Positions 39,526-49,680 of a stretch of DNA of 64,000 nucleotides are shown one piece after another. The notes under the pieces are model-generated. The model did no database searches, was not told the origin of the DNA, and saw only the letters and a program-made list of their open reading frames with translations. This stretch comes from an uncultured Spirochaetales bacterium. Its GTDB lineage: Bacteria; Spirochaetota; GWE2-31-10; CAYYKD01. The stretch spans positions 18,549 to 82,548 of the forward strand of contig CAZSQU010000001.1 in NCBI GenBank assembly GCA_964608985.1, written 5' to 3'. Position 1 is the first letter of the stretch. The number at the start of each line of letters is the position of its first letter. The translations under genes were made by a program, and so were the position numbers.

Positions 39526-42500
39526 TCCGGAAAGATTGGATATTGATAGAATAGGGAATAAATTTGATCTAAATAGACACACATTGATAGAAGCATCAGC
39601 AGGAACTGGCAAAACATATACTATCGAAAGAATATTTATTAAACTTATAACAGAAAAAAAATTACGAATTGAGAATATACTTATAGTAACCTATACTGAA
39701 AAAGCTGCCGGTGAATTGAAACAAAGAATAAAAGCAAAGATAGAGAGTGAGATCAATAACAGTAATAATAATAAAGATAAATTAATTAACGCTCTAAATA
39801 ATTTTGACAAAGTTGAGATTCATACAATACATGGATTTTGTTATTCGATCATTAACGACTATTCTTTTGAAAATAAGCTTTTTTTTAGTAACAAGCTGGT
39901 AGATGATTATGATATTTACAGAAAAATTCTCAAGGATATAATGAGGTCAAGTTGGAAAGGTGAATTCAAAGATAATTTAACCGATTTACTCATAATATCC
40001 GGCATTGATTCTAGATGGGAAGAAACTGTTATAAAACTTTCAATGGTTTATAATCTTGAAGAAGGAATAGAAGATAGGATTATTCCTGAATTTAACTCTG
40101 ATATTATTTTAACAATATCAGAATTCATTAAAAAATCACAATCATTAAAGGAAAATAGATATCTCTTGTCATTTTTTAAAAATAATAAAATTCGGGAATA
40201 TTTAATTGATTCAGGTGAGTATCAATCAATCAATAGTATTGATAAGTTTATACGGGTAATAGAACTTATAAGGTTGTTTTTTTTATCAAACGGAAAACTC
40301 TCAGATCTTGGATACCTTTTGTTTAACATTAACAAAGAGAAGATAAAATGCGGATATTTAACATCAAAATATAAAAAGGGACAAACACCGAGTGAGCCGA
40401 TAATTTTGATTGATAATCTTTTGACAGAGATCATAACTATGATAGAAGATTATATTATTTTACAAAATCAATTAAAAGTAAATACTGTTTATCAGTTAAA
40501 GAAACTCTCTTATGAACACAAAAGAAAAAATGCTCAAATAAGTTTTGATGATATGTTGAACATCGTTTACAAAACATTATATAATGAAGATAACACTCTT
40601 CTCAAAACTTTAAGAAAAAGATTTTCCGCAGCAATAATTGATGAGTTTCAAGATACAGATATGGTTCAATGGAGGATATTCTATCGACTTTTTATGGAGA
40701 ATACATCTTCTAATACACTTTTTTTAGTCGGTGATCCTAAACAGGCAATTTATGGGTTTAGAGGTGCAGATATATATGCATACTATCGGGCAAGAGAAGA
40801 TATTGTCGAAAAATTCAGCGGTAATTACTTCTACTTAGACACTAATTGGAGATCAACTCCAAGTATTGTAGCCGGATTTAATGAGATGTTTAACAAGAAT
40901 ATTGATAATTACTGGTTTGCAAATTCAGATTCCGATAAATTTCGACTTGACTATAAACACTCGCTAAGTCCTTCTAGTCATTCAGTTATGATTGAGAATA
41001 TTGATGAAAGATTGTTTGTCAATGGTATAGATCTTGGTTCTGATATAAAATCTGATGAGGCGAGGAGAAGGTTTGCCTGTTTTACGGCTACAGAGATTAA
41101 TAGGGTCTTATCATACAAGATTGAGGTTATTACAAAAGATAAAGAAAAAAAACAACTTAAATACTCTGATTTCTGTGTTCTCGTTCAGAACAGAAAAGAG
41201 GCTCGTTTTATAGAAGAAGCTTTTAGAAATGCAAGAATCCCATATTCTTATTACAAGAAAGATGGTTTATATCAATCTGTTGAGGCACTTGAGCTATTAT
41301 ATATTTTAGAGGCGTTATCTGAGTTTGATAACAAATCAAATTTTAGAAAAGCCCTGCTTACCCGTTTTTTTTCTATTAAAATTGAAGATATATGTTTAAA
41401 CCCTGATGGTCAGGATACTAACATATTTGAGAGGTACTTTGAAGATTGGAGTATTATTGCTCAAAAAAGGGATTGGGCAATACTGTTCAATTCACTATTC
41501 TATGAAAGCGGTTTATTTAAACGGTTATTATTAAAAACAAAAGGTGAAAGAGCAATCGCAAATTTTTTACAAATATCAAAACAATTATCAGATAAGGCTT
41601 ATAATGAGGATTTTTCGATAAAGGATCTAACAAATAATCTGCATTCCCGTATAAATTTTAAAGAAGAAGATGATCAAAGTTCAGATATTCATACTATAGA
41701 AACTGATGATGAATCAGTTAAAATAATGACTTTGCATGCTTCAAAAGGGCTTGAGTTTTCTATCGTGTATATTGCCGGCGGTTTTTCTGAGATTAAAACA
41801 CGGGATTGGTTTAAGTTTTTTGATGGTGAGAGTACTTGTTATGATCTGATTAAATCTGAAAAAAACAAAAATAATAATCTAAATAATAGAAAAGCTGAAC
41901 TTGAAAGGTTGTTTTATGTCGGATTTACCAGAGCAATCTATCGATTATATATACCTTTGCTTACTAAAACGCCATCAAAATCTTCCTTGGAAGCGAATAA
42001 ATTTATTTCTCCGGTAATTTCCTTGTTTACTGAAGCATTTAATAAAATCAATATCAATACTGCAATATATAAAAAAATTGCTTATGATTGTAATCAGCCT
42101 CTTAAAATTACCGATGAGAAACAAGATAACCAATTAAATGATGTAAATAGTAAATCTGTTGTTACGAATATTTTTAATTTTGATATTAATTCAATAAAAG
42201 AGGTTGTAAAGAACAGATCAAGAATCATTTCTTCTTTTTCATCCGAAGTACGCTACAATAAAACATCCGTATTAAAAGCGTCACCAAAATTTTTCGGTGA
42301 AGATGATACTGGAAATGAAAACGAATTTTATGATATTGATGATAATATCTTTGATATTCAAAATAAGTTTGAATTACCGTCCTCTGCTGAGACAGGAAAT
42401 CTATTTCATTCAATAATGGAGCAAATTGATTTTAAAGAATTTAATAAAGGAGAATATGATCATAGTTCAATTGATACTTTAATAAAAATATATTGTGCTA

Positions 42501-42973
42501 AAGTATTCAGGTACAAAAAAAACTTTGATTTTGAAACAGTCAGGGATTCTTTGTTTGAAATCATTAAAAAGACAATAAACAAAGATCTCGGTAATGGTTT
42601 GAGATTAACAATAATTGAGAATAATGAATTGGCAAAAGAACAGAAATTCTATTATAAATCTAATACTGAAGATACAGTTGAAGTTAGCCGATTTATGACC
42701 GGTTCTATTGATTTAATATTTAAATGGAAAGAAAAATATTATATAGTTGACTGGAAAACAAACAAACTTTCATCATACAAACCGGAAGATATGTCAAATG
42801 AAATTAACAAGAAAAACTATAATCTGCAATATACAATCTACAATAAAGCTCTGTTAAAACATATTAAAAACAGAGCGGGGAATTCCGCAAATATCGGCGG
42901 AATTTTTTATCTTTTTGTAAGAGGGATAAATGAAAAGAATAACGACGGAATATTTTTCACAACAATTGAATGA
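39500..42973 (+). CDS. recB: exodeoxyribonuclease V beta subunit RecB (SF1 helicase plus PD-(D/E)xK nuclease)
   Basis: 1157 aa. Walker A ASAGTGKTYTI, helicase motif II IIDEFQDTD, motif III LFLVGDPKQAIYGFRGAD, and a C-terminal nuclease motif GSIDLIFKWKEKYYIVDWKTNKL. Confidence 0.85.
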   Translation: MKMGQMMVDPERLDIDRIGNKFDLNRHTLIEASAGTGKTYTIERIFIKLITEKKLRIENILIVTYTEKAAGELKQRIKAKIESEINNSNNNKDKLINALNNFDKVEIHTIHGFCYSIINDYSFENKLFFSNKLVDDYDIYRKILKDIMRSSWKGEFKDNLTDLLIISGIDSRWEETVIKLSMVYNLEEGIEDRIIPEFNSDIILTISEFIKKSQSLKENRYLLSFFKNNKIREYLIDSGEYQSINSIDKFIRVIELIRLFFLSNGKLSDLGYLLFNINKEKIKCGYLTSKYKKGQTPSEPIILIDNLLTEIITMIEDYIILQNQLKVNTVYQLKKLSYEHKRKNAQISFDDMLNIVYKTLYNEDNTLLKTLRKRFSAAIIDEFQDTDMVQWRIFYRLFMENTSSNTLFLVGDPKQAIYGFRGADIYAYYRAREDIVEKFSGNYFYLDTNWRSTPSIVAGFNEMFNKNIDNYWFANSDSDKFRLDYKHSLSPSSHSVMIENIDERLFVNGIDLGSDIKSDEARRRFACFTATEINRVLSYKIEVITKDKEKKQLKYSDFCVLVQNRKEARFIEEAFRNARIPYSYYKKDGLYQSVEALELLYILEALSEFDNKSNFRKALLTRFFSIKIEDICLNPDGQDTNIFERYFEDWSIIAQKRDWAILFNSLFYESGLFKRLLLKTKGERAIANFLQISKQLSDKAYNEDFSIKDLTNNLHSRINFKEEDDQSSDIHTIETDDESVKIMTLHASKGLEFSIVYIAGGFSEIKTRDWFKFFDGESTCYDLIKSEKNKNNNLNNRKAELERLFYVGFTRAIYRLYIPLLTKTPSKSSLEANKFISPVISLFTEAFNKININTAIYKKIAYDCNQPLKITDEKQDNQLNDVNSKSVVTNIFNFDINSIKEVVKNRSRIISSFSSEVRYNKTSVLKASPKFFGEDDTGNENEFYDIDDNIFDIQNKFELPSSAETGNLFHSIMEQIDFKEFNKGEYDHSSIDTLIKIYCAKVFRYKKNFDFETVRDSLFEIIKKTINKDLGNGLRLTIIENNELAKEQKFYYKSNTEDTVEVSRFMTGSIDLIFKWKEKYYIVDWKTNKLSSYKPEDMSNEINKKNYNLQYTIYNKALLKHIKNRAGNSANIGGIFYLFVRGINEKNNDGIFFTTIE

Positions 42974-44834
42974 TAAATCCTTTCTCAGGGAAATATCACT
43001 TATTGATTCAGATGTTGATCTGATTAACGACCTTTTTGAGATAAGTGAAATTAACTCTGTGGAACTTTATGTTATGCTAATTGCTGCAATATCATCTCTT
43101 AACAGGGGAAGCAGTTCATTATTATTAAAATCTGATTTTACATATATGATCATGGAAAAATTGAATTATAAATCTATTAATTTTGATTTAATAATTCAAC
43201 AAATTATTGTGGGTGAGTATTCCTCTCTGATCTCGTCAGATACCGTTAAAAATATTCCGTGTTATTTGATTAAGTGTTTTGACGGGTATTATATTTATTT
43301 TCAGATGTACTACAAAAATGAACTCATTTTAAAGGAACTCATAACAAAACGGATATCAAGTGATAATTTTATTGACCTGCAGGAATCTCTTTTTATTAAA
43401 CTAAATTATTTTTTTAGCAAAAAAGATTTCTTAAATCTAAATGATTCTCAGCGTATGGCTTTAATACTCTCTTTATTAAAGAATTTTATTGTTATAACCG
43501 GCGGACCCGGGTCCGGTAAAACTACAACAATTGCATCAATAGTATCATTCTTTGCGGAGAATGTTTATAGTTTATCAGATATTGCTGTTATTGCGCCTAC
43601 CGGAAAAGCGGCATTTTTACTTACCACATCAATTAACAATAAACTAGAAACAACAAAAGAATTCTCGGCATCGACAATTCACAGATTGCTACAATATTCA
43701 TCATATACAAAAGGGTTCAAATATAATCCTGATAACCTATTGCCTTATAAACTAATAATAGTAGATGAATCATCAATGATCGATGTAATACTTATGGGTT
43801 CTTTACTTAATGCAATTGATAATGATTGTAAGTTAATTCTGGTTGGTGATTCTGATCAATTACCATCTGTTGATGCCGGGAATGTCTTTTATGGCTTTGT
43901 TCCCGATAAAACAGATATCAATTACAGTACAGAAGTATTGGATGTTTTTAAAAAACTTGGTATAGATACAGCATATTTTACTGAACAAAAAAATTCATTT
44001 TTAAAAGATCGGGTTGTGTTTTTAAAAGGAAACAATAGATCAAAAAATGAAAATATTATGAATATTGCGGATTCGATAAATAGTATGGATCACACATGTA
44101 TAGAATTAATTGAAGTTCAAAGTATTGACAATTTATTGTTTAGGAGCAACAGTATAGCATTAATCAAACCGGATATTAATTATAAAAGTTCAATCGATTC
44201 TTTTATTGAGAAATATTTTATTCATTATTTTATTGATAGCGGAATGATTGATATGATATCTAATATCAAAAATCATATTGAAAATAATTCTGTGTCTGAT
44301 GATTACATTAGTCGTCTTTTACAAGTGTATGATAGAATGAGAATTCTTTGTTATACAAGAGAAGGTTATTGTGGGATCGAATATATCAATAATAAATTAC
44401 TTAATTTATTTTTAAATAAATCTATATATAAAAATAGATCGGGTATTCCTGTAATAATTTCAACAAACAACTATAATTATAATGTTTTTAATGGTGATAA
44501 CGGAATAATAATAACAGACAATAACGGGAAAGATTATATATGTGTGAAAAGAGATAATCAAATTATCAGAATAGCGATATCGGAAATAAGACAATTTGAT
44601 TACGGTTTTGCGATTACAGTACATAAAAGTCAAGGGTCAGGTTTTGATGATATTATTTTAATATTACCGGCTAAAGATTTTAATTTAAATACGAAAGAGA
44701 TGCTATATACTGCGGTTACGAGGGCGATAAACAAGGTGTTTATATTTGGAGATAATGAAATCCTGAGAACGGGCATAACCAGAAGGATTGAAAGATTTTC
44801 AGGATTAGATATTGCAGAATATAATACACATTAA
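42930..44834 (+). CDS. recD: exodeoxyribonuclease V alpha subunit RecD
   Basis: 634 aa. Walker A ITGGPGSGKTTTIASIV, Walker B LIIVDESSMID and the C-terminal TVHKSQGSGFD motif. Confidence 0.85.
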   Translation: MKRITTEYFSQQLNDKSFLREISLIDSDVDLINDLFEISEINSVELYVMLIAAISSLNRGSSSLLLKSDFTYMIMEKLNYKSINFDLIIQQIIVGEYSSLISSDTVKNIPCYLIKCFDGYYIYFQMYYKNELILKELITKRISSDNFIDLQESLFIKLNYFFSKKDFLNLNDSQRMALILSLLKNFIVITGGPGSGKTTTIASIVSFFAENVYSLSDIAVIAPTGKAAFLLTTSINNKLETTKEFSASTIHRLLQYSSYTKGFKYNPDNLLPYKLIIVDESSMIDVILMGSLLNAIDNDCKLILVGDSDQLPSVDAGNVFYGFVPDKTDINYSTEVLDVFKKLGIDTAYFTEQKNSFLKDRVVFLKGNNRSKNENIMNIADSINSMDHTCIELIEVQSIDNLLFRSNSIALIKPDINYKSSIDSFIEKYFIHYFIDSGMIDMISNIKNHIENNSVSDDYISRLLQVYDRMRILCYTREGYCGIEYINNKLLNLFLNKSIYKNRSGIPVIISTNNYNYNVFNGDNGIIITDNNGKDYICVKRDNQIIRIAISEIRQFDYGFAITVHKSQGSGFDDIILILPAKDFNLNTKEMLYTAVTRAINKVFIFGDNEILRTGITRRIERFSGLDIAEYNTH

Positions 44835-44845
44835 TCTTTCGATTG

Positions 44846-44861
44846 ATTCACGCGCGTGAAT
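44846..44861. other. 16-bp perfect GC-cored palindrome ATTCACGCGCGTGAAT immediately after recD
   Basis: Seen directly. It has no T-run, so it is more likely a protein-binding site than a terminator. Confidence 0.3.
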
Positions 44862-44908
44862 TAACTATATGATAATATATGTACCCTATAAACTTTTGGA
44901 GATTTATT

Positions 44909-45157
44909 ATGAGCAAAAATAAAAAAACCGAAGAAGACCTCATACTATTGGCTGAGATTATCAATGATCCAGACGATTCACTTTCCAAAATATTAAGTTC
45001 TTTATTGGATTTGAAACAGGATAAAAGGTCGCTTTTTATCGCCGGTATTGTAAATGAGATGAAGAAAAATAATGAGGATGATCATTTAATTAATCTTGTA
45101 TCTATTTTAGCTAACGATCTCATTGTTGATGCTCTAAAGCTAACCATTAAACAATGA
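44909..45157 (+). CDS. hypothetical small protein
   Basis: Track ORF trimmed to the ATG (MSKNKKTEED) with a GGAG RBS. 82 aa. Confidence 0.4.
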   Translation: MSKNKKTEEDLILLAEIINDPDDSLSKILSSLLDLKQDKRSLFIAGIVNEMKKNNEDDHLINLVSILANDLIVDALKLTIKQ

Positions 45158-45265
45158 TTGTTTAACAAATCTCAAATTCGCAACCTCTATTTTAGAAATA
45201 ACTTGATAATTATTGATAAAAATACTATATTTTTCTTGGTTTTTAAATTTAATAAGTGGGATAAA

Positions 45266-46081
45266 ATGGCTACTTTACCGAATCAACGGCTAACTCAATA
45301 TTATGAACTCTATAAAGACAAAGAACTAGCTTTCAATAAATCTGTAATATCTATGATCGGTCTTGAGGCGAAAAAGGTTTTTCTTAAAGTAAAAGGTGAG
45401 CAGTGGTCTTGCGTTGTTTACTCATGTTCCATGAGTTCCTCTAAAATAATTGTTTCTATGGATTCTAAGTCATTTGAACATTTAAAAACAGCTAAGAATT
45501 TCGCGAGTTTAAGAATGTCGTTTATAACACATGAGAATAAATCATCAATAGCTTTTTTTGTACCGGCACTTGTTACAGGATATAATTCATACAGCGGTGG
45601 TCCAAATTTATTTATTGTTTCATTGCGGTTTACTCAAAAACCGCCGGATGACTTAATTGAAATAATAGGTAAGATTTTTAATTCGGCAGATATGTTTGAA
45701 AAAAGAAAAGATATCCGTATCTCTCTTGATCAAAAGATTGCCGCAGATATGGGGTTAAAATCCAATAAAACAATTGCATTAATAGATAATATAAAAAGAC
45801 CGGTAATAATCAAAGATATATCCGCATCCGGCTCACAGTTTATTCTTGCGTGTGTACCAAAGTTTATCATGAATAAAAAGGTTCAATTATTGATTGTCAA
45901 AACCAATAGTAAAGAAATATTCCTTACCGGTACTGCAATAAGACATGAGGAAATAACCGGGCGAACAGATATTTTTGGTATTGGTATAATTTTTGATCAG
46001 GAAATGATACCTTTAGACTATAAAGAACTTTTAAATAATTATCTTGATAATCTTCAGGATATGGCAAAACAAAAAAAATAA
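45266..46081 (+). CDS. PilZ-domain protein (putative c-di-GMP receptor)
   Basis: Track ORF trimmed to ATG MATLPNQ. The C-terminal half carries the PilZ signature RKDIRISL and DISASGSQFI (RxxxR and D-x-S-x-x-G). Confidence 0.6.
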   Translation: MATLPNQRLTQYYELYKDKELAFNKSVISMIGLEAKKVFLKVKGEQWSCVVYSCSMSSSKIIVSMDSKSFEHLKTAKNFASLRMSFITHENKSSIAFFVPALVTGYNSYSGGPNLFIVSLRFTQKPPDDLIEIIGKIFNSADMFEKRKDIRISLDQKIAADMGLKSNKTIALIDNIKRPVIIKDISASGSQFILACVPKFIMNKKVQLLIVKTNSKEIFLTGTAIRHEEITGRTDIFGIGIIFDQEMIPLDYKELLNNYLDNLQDMAKQKK

Positions 46082-46103
46082 ATTATAATAATCGGAGTTA
46101 TTA

Positions 46104-47828
46104 ATGTCAAAATCATCGGGTAAAATATTCTTATTTATAGCAGGTTTTGGTGCAGGTATTACAACTTTAATTTTTCTTGTAGTATTTATCATAATTATTG
46201 CGGCAAACAGTTCACAACTCATTGTTCGACCGGATTCATATCTTGTCATAGATTTTGAGGGGGATATTAAAGAGCGTCCGGTATCTGATATACCGGATTT
46301 TCTTGCAGGTAACAACAGAGTAATGGAATTATCAAAAATTCTTGAGTCAATAAAGAAAGCGGCGGTCGATCAAAATATTCAAGGTTTATTAATCAATGGA
46401 GATCTAACCGGTTATTCAAGAACTCATATTGAAGAGATCGGGATTGCAATTGAGAATTTTAAATTCAATAATAAAGAAGTCATAGCGTGGTTTTCAAGGG
46501 GAAACAACTCAAACTATCTGTTGTCAAGCTATGCAGATAGAATTTATATGCCGCAGACAGCTTCTGCAAGTTTATCAATAAAAGGTTATGCTATGACTAT
46601 ACCATATATTGGTGAAGCATTTGATAATATCGGTCTTGATTTTAATGTAATACATTCGGGCGACTTTAAGGGTACCGGTGAAAATTATGTCAGATCTGAT
46701 ATGAGTGATAATCTGCGAAGTTCTTATAAAAATTTTCTGGATAGCTATCTAAGTATCTATATTGACACAGTTTCTGCCAACAGGAATATTGAATCAAGCA
46801 CAATATACAATCTTCTACAGGAGAACGCACTTATTATGGCTGATGCAAATAATGCGATAGAATACAATCTGATTGATGCTACTGCAGATTATTATTCTTT
46901 AATGAATGTTCTGGAAGGTGAAAACTGGAAACACCCGGTATCAATCTATAATTATTCAAAAACGCTAAGTAAAACAAATAAACAGACAAAAATCGCCGTC
47001 CTATATATTGACGGAACAATAATTGATGATTACTCAGGATCATCACCGTTTAATGAAGATTACGCCGGCGCCAAATCAATTATTAATGATATTATAAAGA
47101 TAAAAGCCGATGATTCGATCAAAGCTGTTGTTGTTCGAATAAACTCACCGGGAGGAAGTGCTCTCGCAAGTGAGATGGTTCATTCTGCTTTAAATGAATT
47201 AAAGAAAGATAAACCGGTTTATACTAGTTTTGGAACAATTAGCGCATCCGGAGGATACTATATAGGATGTGTCGGTGATGGCGTTTTTACCAATAGATCA
47301 ACATTAACCGGTTCTATCGGAGTTGTATCAATTCTCGCTAATTATTCTGAATTAAGCACAAAATTAGGTATCAATTTTGAGACAATTAAGAAATATAGTA
47401 TGGATGATATTTTCAGCCCCTCAAGACCGCCAAGTAGTGAAGAGATCGCTTTATTACGGCATTCTATGGATAGAATATATGATGAGTTCAAATTCAGGGT
47501 TACTTCTAATAGAGATATATCAGAAGCAGGAATTAATGAGCTTGCAGAAGGAAGAATTTGGACAGGAGAGCAAGCTGTTTCTAATAGATTGGCTGATTTG
47601 ATTGGCGGTTTATATGATACTATAAGATATGCCTCAATACAAAATGGAATTGAAGAGTACGCAATTGTATCTTATCCTACGCCACCCGGTCTTTGGGATT
47701 CAGTCTTTTCGGGGACTTCAATGAGGTCTAATAGCAATATATTTTCAGATATACTAAATAAACTGGACTTCTATTTAAATAACTCAAACACCCCGCTTTT
47801 TTATGAAGTAGGTAGAGTGATTGAATGA
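46104..47828 (+). CDS. sppA: signal peptide peptidase SppA (protease IV, 67K type)
   Basis: 574 aa. N-terminal TM segment, tandem ClpP/crotonase-like halves, and the catalytic-serine region VVVRINSPGGSALASE. Confidence 0.85.
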   Translation: MSKSSGKIFLFIAGFGAGITTLIFLVVFIIIIAANSSQLIVRPDSYLVIDFEGDIKERPVSDIPDFLAGNNRVMELSKILESIKKAAVDQNIQGLLINGDLTGYSRTHIEEIGIAIENFKFNNKEVIAWFSRGNNSNYLLSSYADRIYMPQTASASLSIKGYAMTIPYIGEAFDNIGLDFNVIHSGDFKGTGENYVRSDMSDNLRSSYKNFLDSYLSIYIDTVSANRNIESSTIYNLLQENALIMADANNAIEYNLIDATADYYSLMNVLEGENWKHPVSIYNYSKTLSKTNKQTKIAVLYIDGTIIDDYSGSSPFNEDYAGAKSIINDIIKIKADDSIKAVVVRINSPGGSALASEMVHSALNELKKDKPVYTSFGTISASGGYYIGCVGDGVFTNRSTLTGSIGVVSILANYSELSTKLGINFETIKKYSMDDIFSPSRPPSSEEIALLRHSMDRIYDEFKFRVTSNRDISEAGINELAEGRIWTGEQAVSNRLADLIGGLYDTIRYASIQNGIEEYAIVSYPTPPGLWDSVFSGTSMRSNSNIFSDILNKLDFYLNNSNTPLFYEVGRVIE

Positions 47829-47854
47829 TTGAATGATTTTAAATTTAAAAAAAA

Positions 47855-49435
47855 TTATTTATTTGGAGTTTTTTCTGTTGTTTGTTCTTTAGCAAAGTTC
47901 TTAATTAAAATGATGAAATTTGATATTTTTTTCAACACGGCAGGGAAATCCTCATTAAAATCGCTTGAACCGAAGTCCCATTTAATTTTATGAAAATTAA
48001 TAATCATTTTTGGGGCTTTTTGTTTATAATCATCATAGAGAAGTTTTAATTTACCTAAAAGAATAGTTAATAGTTTTATTGATTCAAATAACAATTTTTG
48101 ACCATCATTGTCGGTTGTATATATTACTTGCTTTAAAAGCTGTTTAGCTTTAATATCATGTTTAGAGGCGTGTATAAGTTTTTTGATCTCTTTACCGATC
48201 CTTTCGTCTTCACTACACTTATTATCGAATTCGATTACATCATCTGAGAGTTTATTAATTGCCTCAAGAGAGGATGAATAATCGCTTGATAAAGCGGCTG
48301 ATTGCCATTCACCTTTTATTATAAGATGATCTATTCTTTTTTTGAGATCGCTTTTACAAAAATCAAGTAAAAAGGCCTTTAGGTAGTTCAACGGATCAAT
48401 ATAGGTAAAACCTTTCATTCCGGCTTTCTGAATTTGATCATTTGTAGTCTGTGTATAATACTTTAGTCTTACTATAATTGAAGTTCTAAATATTTCCATC
48501 AAAAGTTTATTGATTTTGTCTTTTTCAATCTCTTTTATACAATCCTGTACTGTTTGCTGTACTGTTTGCTGGAGAATTGAAATGGAATCCTGTATTATCC
48601 TTGAATCAGAAGGAAATTTTTTATATTCAAAATACGGGTCTTTTTGTATCAGTTTGATAATATCGAGAATAAGATCATCTCTTTTCATATTTCTAAATAA
48701 CTGTAATAGTTTTTTGAAAAGCTGAACAAGGGTTTGATCTTCATTAGAAACTTGTATATATCTGATTACATGGTTAAAATCTTTGTTAAAATCAATTGTG
48801 TACAAATAGTCAACAAGCGGTATAAGTTCATCTATTACATACTTTGCGTCGAGGGTTTCAAAATTTGGTTTATAATTAAAGCTGCCCTCTTGAATATTCG
48901 AATCAAACTTATGAATAAGAAAATACCAGTCAAAATTGATAAGATTAGAAAAATCTGAAATTTGATTATATGTTGTATTAATCATTTTTATCTCTTCTAT
49001 ATCAAATGATTTTACATAGTTCTGAAGTATGTTTTTTAATTTATCAATAGACATTTTAAGGTTATCAGATTTTAAAAGCATTGTTCTGATTTTTTCTTCG
49101 GATAATTCTTCAAAGAATTTTAATTGTTCTTTTGATGATATTTCATTAATAATGAATTCTTTAATTGATGCTGATCTTACTTTAATATTGAAAGAATTAG
49201 AGAAATTTTGAGATATTCTATAAATATCATATATATATGCACCAAATTGAGGATTTACTTGATCTTTTTTATAATTATAGAATTTAAATTTGTGTCTTAA
49301 AACCCGGCTATTTATATCTTTGAGTTTTCGTTGTTTGATCCGATCTTCACTAGTCAAACCTGTAAAGAACTCCACAACTTTGTCAATCAAGGTTATCGGT
49401 TCGAGCTTTTCGTTCTTTTTCTCCGGTTCAGACAT
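47855..49435 (-). CDS. hypothetical protein (no recognisable domain)
   Basis: 526-aa ORF, K/N/I/F-rich. Contains a 12-bp tandem duplication (QQTVQQTVQ). Confidence 0.55.
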   Translation of the reverse strand: MSEPEKKNEKLEPITLIDKVVEFFTGLTSEDRIKQRKLKDINSRVLRHKFKFYNYKKDQVNPQFGAYIYDIYRISQNFSNSFNIKVRSASIKEFIINEISSKEQLKFFEELSEEKIRTMLLKSDNLKMSIDKLKNILQNYVKSFDIEEIKMINTTYNQISDFSNLINFDWYFLIHKFDSNIQEGSFNYKPNFETLDAKYVIDELIPLVDYLYTIDFNKDFNHVIRYIQVSNEDQTLVQLFKKLLQLFRNMKRDDLILDIIKLIQKDPYFEYKKFPSDSRIIQDSISILQQTVQQTVQDCIKEIEKDKINKLLMEIFRTSIIVRLKYYTQTTNDQIQKAGMKGFTYIDPLNYLKAFLLDFCKSDLKKRIDHLIIKGEWQSAALSSDYSSSLEAINKLSDDVIEFDNKCSEDERIGKEIKKLIHASKHDIKAKQLLKQVIYTTDNDGQKLLFESIKLLTILLGKLKLLYDDYKQKAPKMIINFHKIKWDFGSSDFNEDFPAVLKKISNFIILIKNFAKEQTTEKTPNK

Positions 49436-49680
49436 TTATCAAATGCTCCCAATTATTTAAACAATACGCCTTTATACAATAAATAAGCCAATTAAACAAT
49501 ACTTTATATTACATTTGGAATAAAAAGGGTACAAATTTATTTTTTTAAAAACATATTTGTAGTTTTTTTAGATACAAAGTAAGCGATCGATGCTGAGATC
49601 AAACCCATAATTAAAGATTTTTGAAATTACATAGATTAAATTATATTGATCTTTTCGATAAATGAGTATATAATTGAGAT

